A stretch of 64,000 nucleotides of DNA from a virus. Taxonomy: Duplodnaviria; Caudoviricetes. Position 1 is the first letter of the stretch. Every line of letters starts with the position of its first letter. Below, piece by piece: positions 44,912 to 55,600 of this stretch. A program made the translations under genes and the position numbers. The DNA is taken from IMG/VR virus record IMGVR_UViG_2687453145_000002, positions 1-64,000 of that record; one strand, 5' to 3'. The notes below the pieces were generated by a model. It was not told the origin of the DNA, did no database searches, and was given only the letters and a program-made list of their open reading frames with translations.

Positions 44912-46516
44912 ATGTCAGTCATCGATATCGTCACCATGCGAGGTGTTACGCCGCGCGTGGAACCTCACCTTTTGCCTGATGAAGTAGCAGTGTTTGCCCG
45001 CGATTGTCATTTCGATCACGGCGTTATCTCACCGCTAGAGGAAGATGTCAGCGCTGGCATCACCTTGCCAATCACCCCGCAAACTCTGTTCAAGTACGGC
45101 CTGAACTGGTTTGCATGGAACAAGATCGTCGAGGCAATCAACTCCCCGATCGCCCAAGATGCCTATGGCCGCGTCTATTACACAGATGGGGAATATCCGA
45201 AGGTAACTCACTTCCAGATCGCAACTGGCGGTGTCAACAAGCCTACGGCGTGGTACCGACTTGGTGTGCCTGCTCCAGGCGTTCCAGTTGGGGTTGGCGC
45301 AGTAACTCCCCCAGCTGGCGGCAAGGATGACTTGCTGACAGACGACGAGACCCGCTTCTATGTGGATACCTATGTAACAGCCATGGGCGAGGAGGGGCCG
45401 CCTGGTCCGGTAAGTGGCAAGGTGACCATCACAATCCCCAACTCTACGGTGGCACTATCTCTCACGCCGCCACAGTCACAGGACAACAATATCACCAAGC
45501 GTCGCGTCTACCGCTCTGTTTCTGGTGGCGGCTTGGCTGATTACCTGCTGGTTGCTGAGTTGCCTATCGCGCAAGCATCGTTTGTAGACAATCGCGCTGA
45601 CGGTGAGCTGGGGCCTGTGCTGGAGACCTACGGATATACGCCACCCCCAGCCTCTATGCGAGGTCTGTGCCAGATGGCCAACGGTATGTGTGCCGGGTTC
45701 GCGGGTAACTCGCTCTATCTGTGCGAGCCGTATTTGCCATATGCATGGCCAGAAAAGTACCGGCTTACCACTGAGCACGACATCGTGGCGATCGCTGCCA
45801 TCGATACCGCGCTGGTGATTGGCACCAAGGGTTACCCCTATCTTGCCCAAGGTGTCAGCCCGGCATCAGTGACCAACCAGAAGCTGAGTCAACTGCCGCA
45901 AGCGTGCATCAGTGCCAGATCCATGGTGGCTATGGATGGTGTGGTGCTGTACGCCTCACCAGATGGTTTGGTCGGGATTGGCGCCAGCGGTGGGCAGGTG
46001 GTGACAGAGCAGATCATCACTCGCAAGCAGTGGCAGGCCATGAAGCCTGAGACCATGCGAGCCTGGCACCACGAAGGTAAGTATGTGGCGATGACCGATA
46101 CCAGCGCCTTTATCTTTGACCCAAAGAGTGGTGACCTGCGCGAGCTGACAAACCGCTGGGATGCGGCCGTTTCGGATATGGAGAGCGATCGCCTATTTGT
46201 TGCCAAGGGTGCAGATCTGCAGGTATGGCGCGGCGGATCTGCCGGCAATGGTCAGTTCATTTGGAAATCAAAGTTGTTCATGATGCCTGACGGCACGTCG
46301 CTAGGCTGCTGCCGGCTGCTGGCTGACGATATCACCAAGGTCGGCATCAAGCTGACAGTGGATGGTGAGCAGGTAATGGAGATGCCTCCGGGCAACTTGG
46401 CATCCGGCACGTTCAGGCTGCCACCGGTGCGTGGTCGGTGGTGGCAGGTTGAGGTATCCGGCACCACTGTGGTTAAGCGAATCACCCTGGCTGGCTCAAT
46501 GGCGGAGTTGATGTAA
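44912..46516 (+). CDS. Tail nozzle/stabilisation protein
   Basis: Beta-propeller-like; YV.T.VT..GEEG.P, EPY.PYAWP, YASPDGLV. Confidence 0.65.
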   Translation: MSVIDIVTMRGVTPRVEPHLLPDEVAVFARDCHFDHGVISPLEEDVSAGITLPITPQTLFKYGLNWFAWNKIVEAINSPIAQDAYGRVYYTDGEYPKVTHFQIATGGVNKPTAWYRLGVPAPGVPVGVGAVTPPAGGKDDLLTDDETRFYVDTYVTAMGEEGPPGPVSGKVTITIPNSTVALSLTPPQSQDNNITKRRVYRSVSGGGLADYLLVAELPIAQASFVDNRADGELGPVLETYGYTPPPASMRGLCQMANGMCAGFAGNSLYLCEPYLPYAWPEKYRLTTEHDIVAIAAIDTALVIGTKGYPYLAQGVSPASVTNQKLSQLPQACISARSMVAMDGVVLYASPDGLVGIGASGGQVVTEQIITRKQWQAMKPETMRAWHHEGKYVAMTDTSAFIFDPKSGDLRELTNRWDAAVSDMESDRLFVAKGADLQVWRGGSAGNGQFIWKSKLFMMPDGTSLGCCRLLADDITKVGIKLTVDGEQVMEMPPGNLASGTFRLPPVRGRWWQVEVSGTTVVKRITLAGSMAELM

Positions 46517-49317
46517 TGGCAAAACCAGCATATCGAGCAGGGCGTGACCAGACCGCTACTTCTGAAAACGTTGAACTGCTGACCGGCCAGCGCGGCGACA
46601 AGCTGGATAAGGCAGTTACCTTTCGAGAGCTGAACGCGCTTGGTTTGGCCACGCTGCGTCAAGGCCCTGGCGGTATCTATATTCCCGGCAAAAATCCAGA
46701 CCTCGTTGAGACTGGCGTGTACGACAAGCCGCACGCGCCGGTCAACGTGCAGGCCAGCGGGGCGTTTCATACCGTGCTGGTTGATTGGGATGGGCCGACG
46801 TACCGCGGGCATTCCCATGCAGAGGTGTGGCGTGCAGAGACCGATAGCCTGCCTGCCGCAACGCTGGTTGGCACCACTATCGCCAATATGTTCTCTGACG
46901 CCATCGGCAAGGGGGCCAAGTTTTATTATTGGGTCAGGTTCGTCAATGGCAAGGATGACCGAGGCCCGTTCCATGGCGAGCGTGGCGTTGTTGCAGAGAC
47001 CAGCCGTGATGTGCAGGATATCCTTGACGAGCTGCAGGGGAAAATTGAAAGCAGCCACCTGGCGCAGGAGTTGCTCAAACCTATCCTAGATGTTCCGCAA
47101 CTGTCAGTTATTGTCAACGAGACCAAGGCCAATCTGGCCGCGCTGGATGCGCGAGAGAAGCAGATTAATGATCTGCTGAATCATGCCCAGGGTGCGCTAG
47201 GCGATAACTATATCAACGTCACGCTGATTCAGGAGCAGCTGCGCCAGCTGATCAATGGTTACCAAACTGACTTCGAGGACTTCCGCGACGCTGTGTTTGC
47301 TGTTGATCCGAGCACGGGCGAGATCAACATGGAGGCGGTTAATGCCGTCAGATCAGAGCTTGGCGCGCTGATCACTCAAGTCAGCCAGCACCTCGATGCA
47401 GTCGAGGCCATCGTCAAGACCTGTGTCACCAGAGCCGAGATCAGCGCCGACCTGGAGAAAATCACCTCCATCGAGCAGCAGATCGACGGCATTAATGGGA
47501 AGCTGACCCAGACGGCCACCAAGTCTGAGGTTACCGCCGTTGGCTCGCAGGTGACGCAAGTCGGTCAGGAGCTTGATGTTGTAAAGGGGGCGTTGACGCA
47601 GAAGGCGGCCAAGACAGAAGTGGATGCCCAAGGCCAGCGCCTTACCGTCGCCGAGCAGCAGATCAGCGCCAACACCACTGCAAATTCCGCTACCGCCCAG
47701 CGCATCGCTCAACTCAAGAGCGAGCTGCAGCTGGCAGATCAGACCATCAAGAGCTCCATCACCGAATTGGCCCAGAGCGTAGCCAGCGATACGCAAGCAC
47801 TGGCTCAGAAAATGAGTTCCATGGAAGTCGCCATGGACGGCAACACCGCGGCCATCAGCGAGCTGCAACAGGCCATCAGCGGAGACGGGCAGTCGCTGGC
47901 CAGCAAGTTTGAAAACATGAGCGCCAGCGTTGACCTGGCTGGCGACGCCGCGATCGGTGCCACCTTGGCTGGAGCTGACGAGAGTGACCGCCAGCGCAAG
48001 GCCACAGGCAAGATCCGCCGTGAGCAGAAGGTACTGAGCGACCAGCAGCAGGCGATGGCAACCACCATTGAGCAGCTGGATGCAGAGTTTCAGGCTGAGT
48101 CTGCCGTTCTGCGCGGGCAGATCATCAATGAACAGACGGTACGAGCTACAGAAACAGGCGCATTGGCGCAGCGGGTAGGCACGGTAGAAGCCGAGTTCAA
48201 AGCTGCCGACAAAGCATTGGGTGCCAGTATCTCCGAGGTGGCAAAGACTAGCGCTGATGCTGATGGTGCTCTGGCAAATCAGATCCAGCAGGTGACCGCA
48301 GAGTTCAAGGAGGGGGATACCGCTCTATCAGGGCAGATCACCAGCGAGTCAGAGGCGAGGGCTAACGCTGATGGGGCGCTTGGCAAGCGTATCGACACTG
48401 TGACCGCCAAGACTGGCGAGCTGGAGTCAGCAGTGCAGACCCAAAGCCAAGCCATCGCAGACCTGGAAAATGGTGCTCAGGCCATGTGGGCCACCAAGGT
48501 GCAGGCTGGTGACATCACAGCCGGCATTGGCTTGGTGGCAAAGGATGACGGCACCAGCCAGGTGGCAATCTCTGCCAGTCAGGTTTTTGTATTCAACCCG
48601 AACAGCTCAACACCGATGGCACCACTATTCGCTATCGACAATGGCCAGGCCGTCATTGCCGAGGCCATCATCCGCAAGGCAACCATCCAGATCATCCAGT
48701 CCGAGAAGATCACGGCGGACTACATCAAAGCAGGGGTCAGCATGTCGGCGCCTGCGATCTCGGGCGGTTCCATCGATATGGGCAATGCCTTCCTGTCTGG
48801 TGGGGCAGCAGGGTTCGGTAAAGGCGGGCCTTATGCCAGTTGGGGATTCGGCTGGTACACGATGATCTATGCGGACGGCAGCATCTATACCAACCGACTT
48901 CGTGCAGAAGGCGGTTATGTGAAGAACATGACCATGAACAACTGCACGATTGAGCAGGATTGTGAAGTGAAGGGGACTGTCTATGCACAGAAAATTGTGG
49001 GTGACATTGTCAGGACGTATGCCTTGAATCCAGCCTCCCCAGTACAGTTACCTGCGATGCCATTTGCCAGAAAATGTACTTTTATGCTGACCGTTTCAAG
49101 TGGGTCATCAACTACGACAGCGCGAGTTTACATCAATGGCGTAGAAAGGGGGTCCTTGACCGCGAGAGATTACGGTATCGGCCAGGGATCGACAATGAAC
49201 AAGAATTTTGAGTTTTTGCTGGCAGCCAACCAAGCGTACACGATCAGCTATGACCGAGATAATAAAGATTACGCCTATGCTTCGAGCTCCTGTTTATCGA
49301 TCGTGTGTTTGGCATGA
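46516..49317 (+). CDS. Tail/host-specificity protein (FnIII + long coiled coil + DUF1983-like)
   Basis: YYWVRFVN FnIII-like; heptad repeats; AGIGL...F.I..GQ..I..A.I. Confidence 0.75.
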   Translation: MAKPAYRAGRDQTATSENVELLTGQRGDKLDKAVTFRELNALGLATLRQGPGGIYIPGKNPDLVETGVYDKPHAPVNVQASGAFHTVLVDWDGPTYRGHSHAEVWRAETDSLPAATLVGTTIANMFSDAIGKGAKFYYWVRFVNGKDDRGPFHGERGVVAETSRDVQDILDELQGKIESSHLAQELLKPILDVPQLSVIVNETKANLAALDAREKQINDLLNHAQGALGDNYINVTLIQEQLRQLINGYQTDFEDFRDAVFAVDPSTGEINMEAVNAVRSELGALITQVSQHLDAVEAIVKTCVTRAEISADLEKITSIEQQIDGINGKLTQTATKSEVTAVGSQVTQVGQELDVVKGALTQKAAKTEVDAQGQRLTVAEQQISANTTANSATAQRIAQLKSELQLADQTIKSSITELAQSVASDTQALAQKMSSMEVAMDGNTAAISELQQAISGDGQSLASKFENMSASVDLAGDAAIGATLAGADESDRQRKATGKIRREQKVLSDQQQAMATTIEQLDAEFQAESAVLRGQIINEQTVRATETGALAQRVGTVEAEFKAADKALGASISEVAKTSADADGALANQIQQVTAEFKEGDTALSGQITSESEARANADGALGKRIDTVTAKTGELESAVQTQSQAIADLENGAQAMWATKVQAGDITAGIGLVAKDDGTSQVAISASQVFVFNPNSSTPMAPLFAIDNGQAVIAEAIIRKATIQIIQSEKITADYIKAGVSMSAPAISGGSIDMGNAFLSGGAAGFGKGGPYASWGFGWYTMIYADGSIYTNRLRAEGGYVKNMTMNNCTIEQDCEVKGTVYAQKIVGDIVRTYALNPASPVQLPAMPFARKCTFMLTVSSGSSTTTARVYINGVERGSLTARDYGIGQGSTMNKNFEFLLAANQAYTISYDRDNKDYAYASSSCLSIVCLA

Positions 49318-49685
49318 TGAGCATGGTTCGAAACCCTATCACCCGTATTTCAACGGACACAGGTAACCCTGGCCTATCTGTCGAACTGCAAGACGCCATC
49401 CGAAACCGGATGGCGTTTTTGTTTGTGCGTGGCGATGACGGGTTTGTGCTCAAGCCACAGGCAGAAGATGGCGTGATCGGTGTCCTGGTCTGGGTGGGGT
49501 GGGGAGATGGCAGGGCGCCTGAGCGGCACTTGCCGGAAGTGAAGCGCCTGGCGCGCCTGATAGGGGCACGCTGGCTGCGCTTCCACTCGGCGCGTAAGGG
49601 GTGGCTCAAGGTTGCGCCAAGAATGGGATGGGTCCGTCAGCCGGATGATGCTGATGGGCTCTATGTGTTTCAGATCAACCTATGA
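49314..49685 (+). CDS. Hypothetical protein (GNAT-like fold possible)
   Basis: LAR.IGA..LRF.S.RKGW motif. Confidence 0.6.
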   Translation: MMSMVRNPITRISTDTGNPGLSVELQDAIRNRMAFLFVRGDDGFVLKPQAEDGVIGVLVWVGWGDGRAPERHLPEVKRLARLIGARWLRFHSARKGWLKVAPRMGWVRQPDDADGLYVFQINL

Positions 49686-49695
49686 GGTGTAGGTG

Positions 49696-50373
49696 ATGGG
49701 GAAGGGTGGCTCGAACGAAATTCAGGAGACCGAGGCTCAGAAGGCTGCGGCCAGTGTGGCCATGGAGCAGTGGGATCTCTACAAGAACGACCTGCAGCAG
49801 TACGAGGACTATTTCATCGAGAAGGTGGATGACCTCAACGGTGAGGGGAAGTACGACAAACTGGCAGGCACGGCAGCGCTTGGCGCGGCAAAAACCTTTG
49901 GCGACGCCAGAAAGGGGCAGGCCGATGCCATGGCTGCCAGCGGCATCGACCCGACCAGCGGGCGGTACCAGGAGACGATGGTCGGGCTTGAGACGGATCA
50001 GGCCCTGAGCCAGACGGACACGGCCAATCGAGCGCAGTCCAGCCAGCAAGACAGGCATGTGGCTGGCCTCAAGGATGTGGTGAGCATTGGCGCCGGGCAG
50101 AAAGCGGAGTCCCTGGCGGGTATGGGGGATGTGGCCACGACCAGCCTGCGCAAGTCGGTGAGTGATGCGCAGATCTCGTTCCAGAATCGACAGGCCACGG
50201 CTGGCATGGTGGGTACCGTGCTGGGGGCGGGGGCGTCGTATGGACTGGCCAGCCTGAAAGCGCCGACGGTTACCAGCAACAGTGATGTTGCATCACATCT
50301 CGATAGCACTAAGACGCTCGCTGATAACCGCGTCTATAACCCCAACGCAAAAACGTATTTGGGAGGTAGGTAA
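49696..50373 (+). CDS. Probable internal virion/ejection protein
   Basis: MGKGGS start, Ala/Gln-rich, Gly-rich hydrophobic segment. Confidence 0.6.
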   Translation: MGKGGSNEIQETEAQKAAASVAMEQWDLYKNDLQQYEDYFIEKVDDLNGEGKYDKLAGTAALGAAKTFGDARKGQADAMAASGIDPTSGRYQETMVGLETDQALSQTDTANRAQSSQQDRHVAGLKDVVSIGAGQKAESLAGMGDVATTSLRKSVSDAQISFQNRQATAGMVGTVLGAGASYGLASLKAPTVTSNSDVASHLDSTKTLADNRVYNPNAKTYLGGR

Positions 50374-50375
50374 CC

Positions 50376-50756
50376 ATGGGTTACGCCGCAGACACTTACG
50401 CCAAAATCACCCGCGAGCAATACCAGGACTGGAAGACTCGCTTCTATCCCAAGCAGCAGGAGCTGATGGATCTGGCCACCAACGGCGAGCTGCTCAGGGA
50501 ACAACTGGGCCGGGTGGGCGAGAACAACACCAACGCCTTGCGCTCTGCTCAGCAGGCCACGGCCAATCGCAATGCACGCATGGGGGTCAACACTGACAGC
50601 AACGCCGGCGACAACAGCCAGGGTCTGCGCATGGCCCTGATGACGGCGGGGACCGAGAACGGGCTGCGTGAGCAGGAGCAAGCTCGTCAGATGGGGATCC
50701 TGACGGGGGCTGATGCTGGACTGCGTGAAGCAATCAAGACAGGGGGTAAGGTCTGA
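50376..50756 (+). CDS. Probable internal virion protein
   Basis: GGAGG RBS; operon context. Confidence 0.6.
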   Translation: MGYAADTYAKITREQYQDWKTRFYPKQQELMDLATNGELLREQLGRVGENNTNALRSAQQATANRNARMGVNTDSNAGDNSQGLRMALMTAGTENGLREQEQARQMGILTGADAGLREAIKTGGKV

Positions 50757-50995
50757 TGGGGTACGGGATTCTGGATATTGGCGCCCAAACGCGCCAGCAG
50801 GGTATGGCTGGCCTGCGTGATGCGGCTAACCGTGAAAACGAAATAGAGATGGGGAACAAGCAACTCAAGGCGCAGAAGAAGCAGGGCACCATGAGCGCAA
50901 TCGGCACCGGGGCGGCAGTCGGCTTTTCGGTCGGTGGCCCGGTCGGGGCGGCAGTGGGCGCGGGTGTGGGCTTTCTGGCAAGCAGCTTATTTTGA
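50756..50995 (+). CDS. Glycine-zipper ejection protein
   Basis: GTGAAVG..VGGPVGAAVGAGVG. Confidence 0.65.
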   Translation: MGYGILDIGAQTRQQGMAGLRDAANRENEIEMGNKQLKAQKKQGTMSAIGTGAAVGFSVGGPVGAAVGAGVGFLASSLF

Positions 50996-51006
50996 GGAGA
51001 GTGGGG

Positions 51007-52518
51007 ATGAGCGTATCGGGATTGGCGGAAGGTTTTCTGGCTGGCTTCAACACCATGGACCGTTATCAACGTGGCCAGAAAGAAGATGAGCGGATGGATA
51101 AGGCCATGGGCCTGCGAGATGCCATGTGGCAGAACGAGCAGGAGCGGCAGAAAGTGGCAGATGAGCGCTACCAGAGCGAGCTGGCGTACCGCGAGGGGCG
51201 CGATAAGCTGGCGGATGCCAGGTATGACAAGCAGGTCACCCTCACCGAGCGGCAGATGAAGGAGTCAGAGGCGCGAGCCGGTGCTGCTGAGCGGCGAGCG
51301 GCGGCACAGGAAGCTCGGCAGCAGCAGGAGTATGAGTGGCAAAAGACACTGCGGGACAAGCAGCTTTTCCAGCAGGAGAACCTGCCGATTATCCAGTCTG
51401 GCTGGCAGGCGGTGGCCGAGGGCAAAGACCCTGGCCAGCAGTTCTGGAACGTGGTGCGGGATCCGCGGGCTGGCTCCTTTAACCCGGAGCGCTACCTGCA
51501 GCAGGATTATGCCGAGGCTGGCAAGACCTTTGTTACCCATGCTGGCAATCTGATGCGCCAGGCTCAGGAAGGAAAGCTCGACCCGACCACACCCGAGGGG
51601 CACGCTGCCGTCAATAACCCTGACTTCATCAAGGCGGCCGGCACCCTCTATCAGGATGAGGTCAACAAAGGCGTGGGCGACATCGATCCGGAAAGCGGCA
51701 AGACCATCACCGGCAAGCAGTTGAACAACATCATGATCACCCCGGACGGGCGTGGCGTGGTATTGGGAGTGGAAGTCACCTATGACGACGGCAGCAAGGC
51801 CGTGCGTCCGGTCACCAACAACCGCACTTCTGCGCCCGATGATCACCCCAAGGTCATCCCCATCAACGACTTCTTGAAGCCTGCCTACCAGCGGGCGGCC
51901 CTGGCCAAGCACATGATCGGTAACGCCGACCAGCTGCGCGCATCGCTTGGCCTGACGGCAGGCCCGGATCAGGCGGGATACAAGAAGGCTGTTGCTGACC
52001 TTGAGAAGCAGCACGGCCAGAACCGCGCCCGGATCTCCTCCAGCAATGCGGAGGATAAAGACCTGCAGCTCGATGCGCTGGATACCCAGCTTGAACAGAG
52101 CAAGGAGGCGCTGGCTGACACCTACGGCCTGACCACAAAAACGGATGAGCCAAAGCAGGAGGCGCCACTCAAGGCGTGGACCGGGGGCGATCCCAAGCGC
52201 CTGCAGTTTATCAAGGAGGCCAACCAACATGGCAAACTGAGCAGTCTGCTGGATTCCCCGGCCAAGATGAACACGGCCTTTGAGCTTTGGCGCCAAGATG
52301 TTGCGAAAGAGGAGGCAGCCAAGCAAGCGGCGGCATCTGCTGAGAAGGTGCGCAACATGGAAGGAGGTAAAGATCAGCCGCATAACTACCGCGCAGCAGA
52401 AGAGGCGGCCGTGAATGCGGTTATTGCATCATTTGCAAATGGACAGCCGACGCTCAACAAGGCACCAGATGGTGCGGCAGCCTATCAGGCGATGAGCCTG
52501 GCCCAGGCTCGCCGATAG
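51007..52518 (+). CDS. Coiled-coil ejection protein
   Basis: GLAEGFLAGF start, charged coiled coil. Confidence 0.65.
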   Translation: MSVSGLAEGFLAGFNTMDRYQRGQKEDERMDKAMGLRDAMWQNEQERQKVADERYQSELAYREGRDKLADARYDKQVTLTERQMKESEARAGAAERRAAAQEARQQQEYEWQKTLRDKQLFQQENLPIIQSGWQAVAEGKDPGQQFWNVVRDPRAGSFNPERYLQQDYAEAGKTFVTHAGNLMRQAQEGKLDPTTPEGHAAVNNPDFIKAAGTLYQDEVNKGVGDIDPESGKTITGKQLNNIMITPDGRGVVLGVEVTYDDGSKAVRPVTNNRTSAPDDHPKVIPINDFLKPAYQRAALAKHMIGNADQLRASLGLTAGPDQAGYKKAVADLEKQHGQNRARISSSNAEDKDLQLDALDTQLEQSKEALADTYGLTTKTDEPKQEAPLKAWTGGDPKRLQFIKEANQHGKLSSLLDSPAKMNTAFELWRQDVAKEEAAKQAAASAEKVRNMEGGKDQPHNYRAAEEAAVNAVIASFANGQPTLNKAPDGAAAYQAMSLAQARR

Positions 52519-52628
52519 TTGCCTTTCACCTACCCCAGCGTTAGCATCTCTCCATCGTCGATCAGTCTGCATGCTGATCGCCCCATCTCAAAAGCCCCAA
52601 ACGGTTCGCCGCTCGGGGCTTTTCTTTT
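52519..52628 (+). promoter_or_regulatory. Late promoter/terminator unit 4 (before giant gene)
   Basis: TTGCCT-17-TAGCAT, CAGCGT before -10, CGATCAG..CTGATCG hairpin, then AAAAGCCCC..GGGGCTTTT. Confidence 0.7.
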
Positions 52629-52648
52629 GCTCGAAATCCGAGGACACC

Positions 52649-55600
52649 ATGGACAAACTTGGACTGCGTGACGCCCTGCCACAGCCGCAACAATCTGACA
52701 CCCGCAATGACCCTTTCTGGGGCAACCTGGATAGCAGCCTGTCTGCTGCCGCGGCTGCACCGCCCCAATCAGCCCAGCCGACTGCCAAGCGCGACCTTGA
52801 TGTCGGTCTGGGTGATGTGGCGCGCGGGGTGGGTGCGGGCGCATTGGAGCTGGTCGGCGGCATTGGCGAGCTGGCAAGACAGGCCAGCAACTTCGGCAAG
52901 GAGAACGCTGGCAAGCAGGGTGGGGATTATCTGGAGCAGGCCCGGGCCAATATGGCCAACAAGCTGAGCCCTGTGCTGGATGCGGTTGCAGGCGCAGGTG
53001 ACCTGGCCCAAGGGGGAGCTGAGTCGCTGACCGAGGGAATGAGCGCGGATGCCAAGGAGGCACTGGGGCGCCGGCTGGTAGATGAAACACCGGAAGGACG
53101 TTTGACCCTGGGGGATGGTGCAGGGGATATCGATGTCTGGGCCATGAAAATGGCGCAGGGGGTTGGCTCCCTGCTGCCGACCCTGGCGGCGGGCGGCGTC
53201 ACAGGATTGGCAGCCAAAGTCTCTATTGGCCGTGCGGTCACCGCATCCATGATCAAGCGTGGCGCGACCCAGGAGGTAGCCGAAGCGGTCGCCGCCAAGG
53301 CAGTATCCAAAATTGCCACCGGCGCCTCTGTGACCACCGGGGTGACCGGATCGGTGGGCAGTGCCGGGGTGAACGCCCGCGACACTGTGCTGGGAATGAG
53401 CTTTGACGAGCTGGCGGGCAGCGACACCTTCCGCCAGGCGTTCACTCGCATCGACCAGGATCAACAGACCGCCCATCTCTCTGATGAGGAAAAGCTGGGG
53501 CTGGCCCGTGAGGAAACGGCCAACTTGGCCAGCCGAGCCACTATGAGCGACGCCAAGGTGTGGGGAGCTGCCGCCATGGGTTCCATGATGGGCGACGCCA
53601 TGCTGTTCAAGATGCTGGCTGGCAAGGCGGCCACCGGTGGAGTGCTGAAAGGTGCTGCCAAGGGGGCGGCAGGTGAGGGTATCAGCGAAACCCTGGAGGA
53701 GGGGGTGCAGCAATACGCCGTCAACGAATCTCTCAACGAGGTGGCCGCCGCTGATATCGACCCGATGAAGGGGGTCATGTCGAGCGCGATCGAGGGCGGC
53801 TTGATAGGGATGGGGGCAGGTGGTGCGGTAGGTGCTGTCGGTGGGGCGCGAGGCGGTAAGCATGCCAGCCAGGAAGATGGCGTTGGGACCGATCCGGTTT
53901 CAGAACCTTCCGCGCCGGTGACGGAGGGCGCTGCTGGTCCGGCAGTGGATCCGAACTTTGCTTCTGTTCCACTGGAAGAAGGCGAGCAGGCGCCCTCCGC
54001 CTCGCTGGCCGAGGGGGAGCTGAATCCGCTCGGCCCCAGCGCAAGCCAGTTTGACGAGCTGCGTGATGTTCCCGCCTATCTGCGTCAAGACGATACCGCC
54101 GATCGCTACAAGGGGATGGCGGCTGATAGCGAGGTGCAGCGCGCCTTGGCGGGTGAGTTCGGCCAGACCGTGCAGGAGCTGGTTGCCTCCCAGATGAAGG
54201 CTGGCGATCAGGGCAAGAGCCTTTATGAGCGAGCTCAGGCTGGCGAGCTCGGGCTTGACCCGTTCGCAGGCAACAAGAGCGCCCAGCAGGTAGCCATGGA
54301 GAACCAGCGCCTAGCCCTGCCGCTCAAGGATGTGATCTTTGCGGGCGATGCCAATGCTAAACCCAAGGGGGAGGCAGTGGCCGCACCTGGGGATCACGAT
54401 GACCAACAGGCTGGCCCCGGCCCGCAATTCCGAGGTGGTGAGCGTACCCGCTGGCAGAGCGGGCAGGAGGGGGATGTGTTGCCGCCAGAGGCATCTTCCA
54501 CCAAGCCCGCTGGCGAGCTGCCGGGCGCGGTGATTGAGGGTGAGGCCCGCGAGGTGGGTAACGAGTTGCCGCACCGCAATGTGGTCTATGGCAATGACTT
54601 GCGCGCCGAGCAGCAACGGGCCGCCGATCTGGCCCGCCGTGAGCGCGAGCTGAACAACCACCCCCTGCAGATCGGTCAGTCAGAGACCATCTTTGCCGGG
54701 GGCACACCGGGCGCTGACCCGCGCAATAGCGCCTATACCCCGCCCAGGCTGTCACGGGATCAGGTCGATACCAGCATGGGCGAGCAGTCCACCCGCGATC
54801 CGCGCAGCCCGGTGGCGCAGTCCATCGAGCAGGCAGGCAGCGCCACCGATTCGGTATTTGGCCCGCTCAAGTCGTTGCGCATCACCCGCAAAGGCAAGCC
54901 GTTCGCAACCGAGAAAGAGGCTGCCATGGCCAGCCGCAAGGGCCAGGAGATGCCGGTGCCGCTCAATGGCGGCGGCTTCGGGGTGGCCGAGATCGCCGAA
55001 GTCGAGCAGGTGAAGGCGGCTGCAACCACGCAATCAAGCGCCCCACAACTCGACGACATCAGTGTCACCAACCCGAATCAACCATCTGATCAGCCAGCTG
55101 CAAGCGTAAGCGCTGAAACAGTTCCGGCGCCGTCTGCCACCGCTGGCGAGGCCAGCCAACTAGCACCAGCCATCGATACCGGATACCGCGAGGTGATTCC
55201 CGTCAAGCAACCCAAGACAGAGGTGAGCAATGAGCCAGTTACCCCAGTACCTGCAATCAGCAGTGAAGGACAACGCGATCAGCCTGGCGCAGGCGAACCG
55301 GCTGCAGCAGGCGCTGGACCAGCCGTTGCCGGACTCACCGACCGAGCTGGATCCGGAGATCGGGCAGATCTCGCTGCGCCTGCACCTGTACCTGACGGAC
55401 AGCAGCAAAATGACCCAACACTGACAGCCCCGGCCACAGATGCCGGGGCTGCTGTTTCTGGCCGTATTGGCGAGGAAGAGTTGCGAGATCGCGACCTGCT
55501 AAAAGAGCATGGCGGGCACTGGAAGTATCGTTCTGCAGTAGGCGCAGGCTGGTTTACTGCCAACACCAAGGAGGCCGCCATTCAGCGTGCCGAGGAGGCA

